Shown piece after piece: positions 62,962 through 64,000 of a stretch of 64,000 bases of DNA. Within the stretch, counting starts at the first letter, position 1. Each line of letters starts with the position of its first letter. Made by a program: the position numbers and the translations under genes. Below the pieces are notes generated by a model. The model was not told where the DNA came from. It ran no database searches and saw nothing but the letters and a program-made list of their open reading frames with translations. The stretch is from Candidatus Woesearchaeota archaeon (GTDB lineage Archaea > Nanobdellota > Nanobdellia > Woesearchaeales > JACJVV01). Where the stretch lies: positions 64,089 to 128,088 of the forward strand of contig JACJVV010000002.1 of NCBI GenBank assembly GCA_020637495.1, in the 5' to 3' direction.

Positions 62962-64000
62962 ATGGCAGAAGACTACGATATCGATAAGAAAGAACCTGGA
63001 CAGGCAAAACCTGTCCAGAGAGAGAAGCCAAAGTTCTTAGTAGAGCCTTCACCTCATGTATTTGCAACATTCAATAAGACAAAAGTCATGTGGCTTCTTA
63101 TTATCGCAATGCTGCCTGCTGCAGCTCTTGGTGTATTCAATTTTGGTCTTCATGCATTATATATAATATTGACTGGCATAGTATCAGCAGTCATAACTGA
63201 AATGATTTTCCTTGCAATACGGAAAAGGAATTTCAAGCCTATAATCCATGGCTCTGCTGTAACAACAGGACTTCTTATTGGTCTTATACTGCCACCTACT
63301 GTCCCACTCTGGATTCCTGCATTAGGAAGCTTTGTTGCATTAGCATTAGCAAAGCATGCATTCGGCGGTCCAGGAAACACAATATTCAATCCTGCATTGG
63401 TTGGAAGAGCATTTCTTGTTGCAGCATTCCCTGCAATGATGTCAAGATACATCTGGCCTGCAACAAATACAACTTCAATCGGTATAGATGCCATAACTTC
63501 CGCATCACCATTAAGCATGCTGTCAAATTCAGGATATGATGCGACAATTACTTTCATGGGAGGAAAGCTTCAGGCCTATTCCTCATTATTGATAGGGAAC
63601 ATCTCAGGATGCATAGGAGAGACATCAGCACTGGCATTATTGATTGGAGGACTTGCTCTCCTGATGTTCAGGATCATCGACTGGAGGATTCCAGTATATT
63701 ACATAGGTACAGTATTCATGCTATCTGCATTATTTGGCCAGGATCCAATTTTTCATATTCTTAGTGGAGGACTTTTCATAGGAGCATTCTTCATGGCAAC
63801 AGGATATGAAGGAATTCCGCTTACAAAATCAGGAAGAGTAATTTTTGGAATCGGTTGCGGTGTTATAGTTATTACAATCAGGTTGTGGGCAGGATTACCT
63901 GAAGGAGTTAATTATTCAATCTTATTGATGAACGCAGCTACGCCTTTCATTGAAAGGGTTACTGCAATAAAACCATTCGGTTTCGTAAAATCAAAGAGAA
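62962..64000 (+). CDS. rnfD: Rnf/Nqr complex subunit D, NqrB-like membrane protein (3' partial)
   Basis: Open frame from the ATG at 62962 to the end of the window. Polytopic, with motifs typical of RnfD/NqrB such as GGPG. Confidence 0.65.
   Translation, partial: MAEDYDIDKKEPGQAKPVQREKPKFLVEPSPHVFATFNKTKVMWLLIIAMLPAAALGVFNFGLHALYIILTGIVSAVITEMIFLAIRKRNFKPIIHGSAVTTGLLIGLILPPTVPLWIPALGSFVALALAKHAFGGPGNTIFNPALVGRAFLVAAFPAMMSRYIWPATNTTSIGIDAITSASPLSMLSNSGYDATITFMGGKLQAYSSLLIGNISGCIGETSALALLIGGLALLMFRIIDWRIPVYYIGTVFMLSALFGQDPIFHILSGGLFIGAFFMATGYEGIPLTKSGRVIFGIGCGVIVITIRLWAGLPEGVNYSILLMNAATPFIERVTAIKPFGFVKSKR

Noticed and set aside
1-64000. CRISPR arrays, rRNA genes, intact integrase or transposase
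   Set aside because: No regularly spaced direct repeats, no rRNA-like conserved blocks and no intact recombinase ORF were found. Only decayed TnpB-like remnants are present.

Overview
Low-GC (AT-rich) archaeal window, probably from a small streamlined genome of DPANN-like type. Archaeal hallmarks present: rps17e, a discriminating GluRS, TrmB and Lrp regulators, Dph2, an intron-containing tRNA, a geranylgeranyl reductase and FlaI/Tad-type pilus genes. Coding density is high and uses the standard genetic code except for one striking ~11 kb stretch (about 8.24-19.53 kb). That stretch has no ORF of 60 aa or more that survives inspection and is even more AT-rich. It is littered with frameshifted, stop-riddled remnants of at least two DNA methyltransferases and a TnpB/OrfB transposase. 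A GC-rich direct repeat (core 'ccctgctgg') sits at both of its edges and once internally, so it looks like a decayed integrated mobile/defence island. Next to its right edge is a GC-rich, non-coding, repeat-containing segment (about 19.19-19.49 kb) that may be a structured RNA and the original integration target. Flanking genes encode central metabolism: a three-gene ATP-citrate-lyase-like module split as SucC-like, SucD-like and citrate-synthase-like; a divergent PEP-carboxykinase-like protein; PFK; SOD; and an AceK-like kinase. They also encode an AmmeMemoRadiSam trio, the Rnf complex with ApbE, shikimate genes and a Tad-like pilus ATPase with two membrane partners. There is a vapBC pair overlapping gltX, and three paralogous multipass membrane proteins, two of them divergently paired with TrmB-family regulators. 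Other oddities are a Dph2 gene interrupted by one in-frame TAG and a roughly 110-bp small-ORF element present twice, once fused to a truncated MATE transporter. A tRNA-Leu(TAA) with a 48-nt intron has its 3' end and trailer duplicated nearby. There is also an (ATT)8 microsatellite. No rRNA and no CRISPR array were seen.
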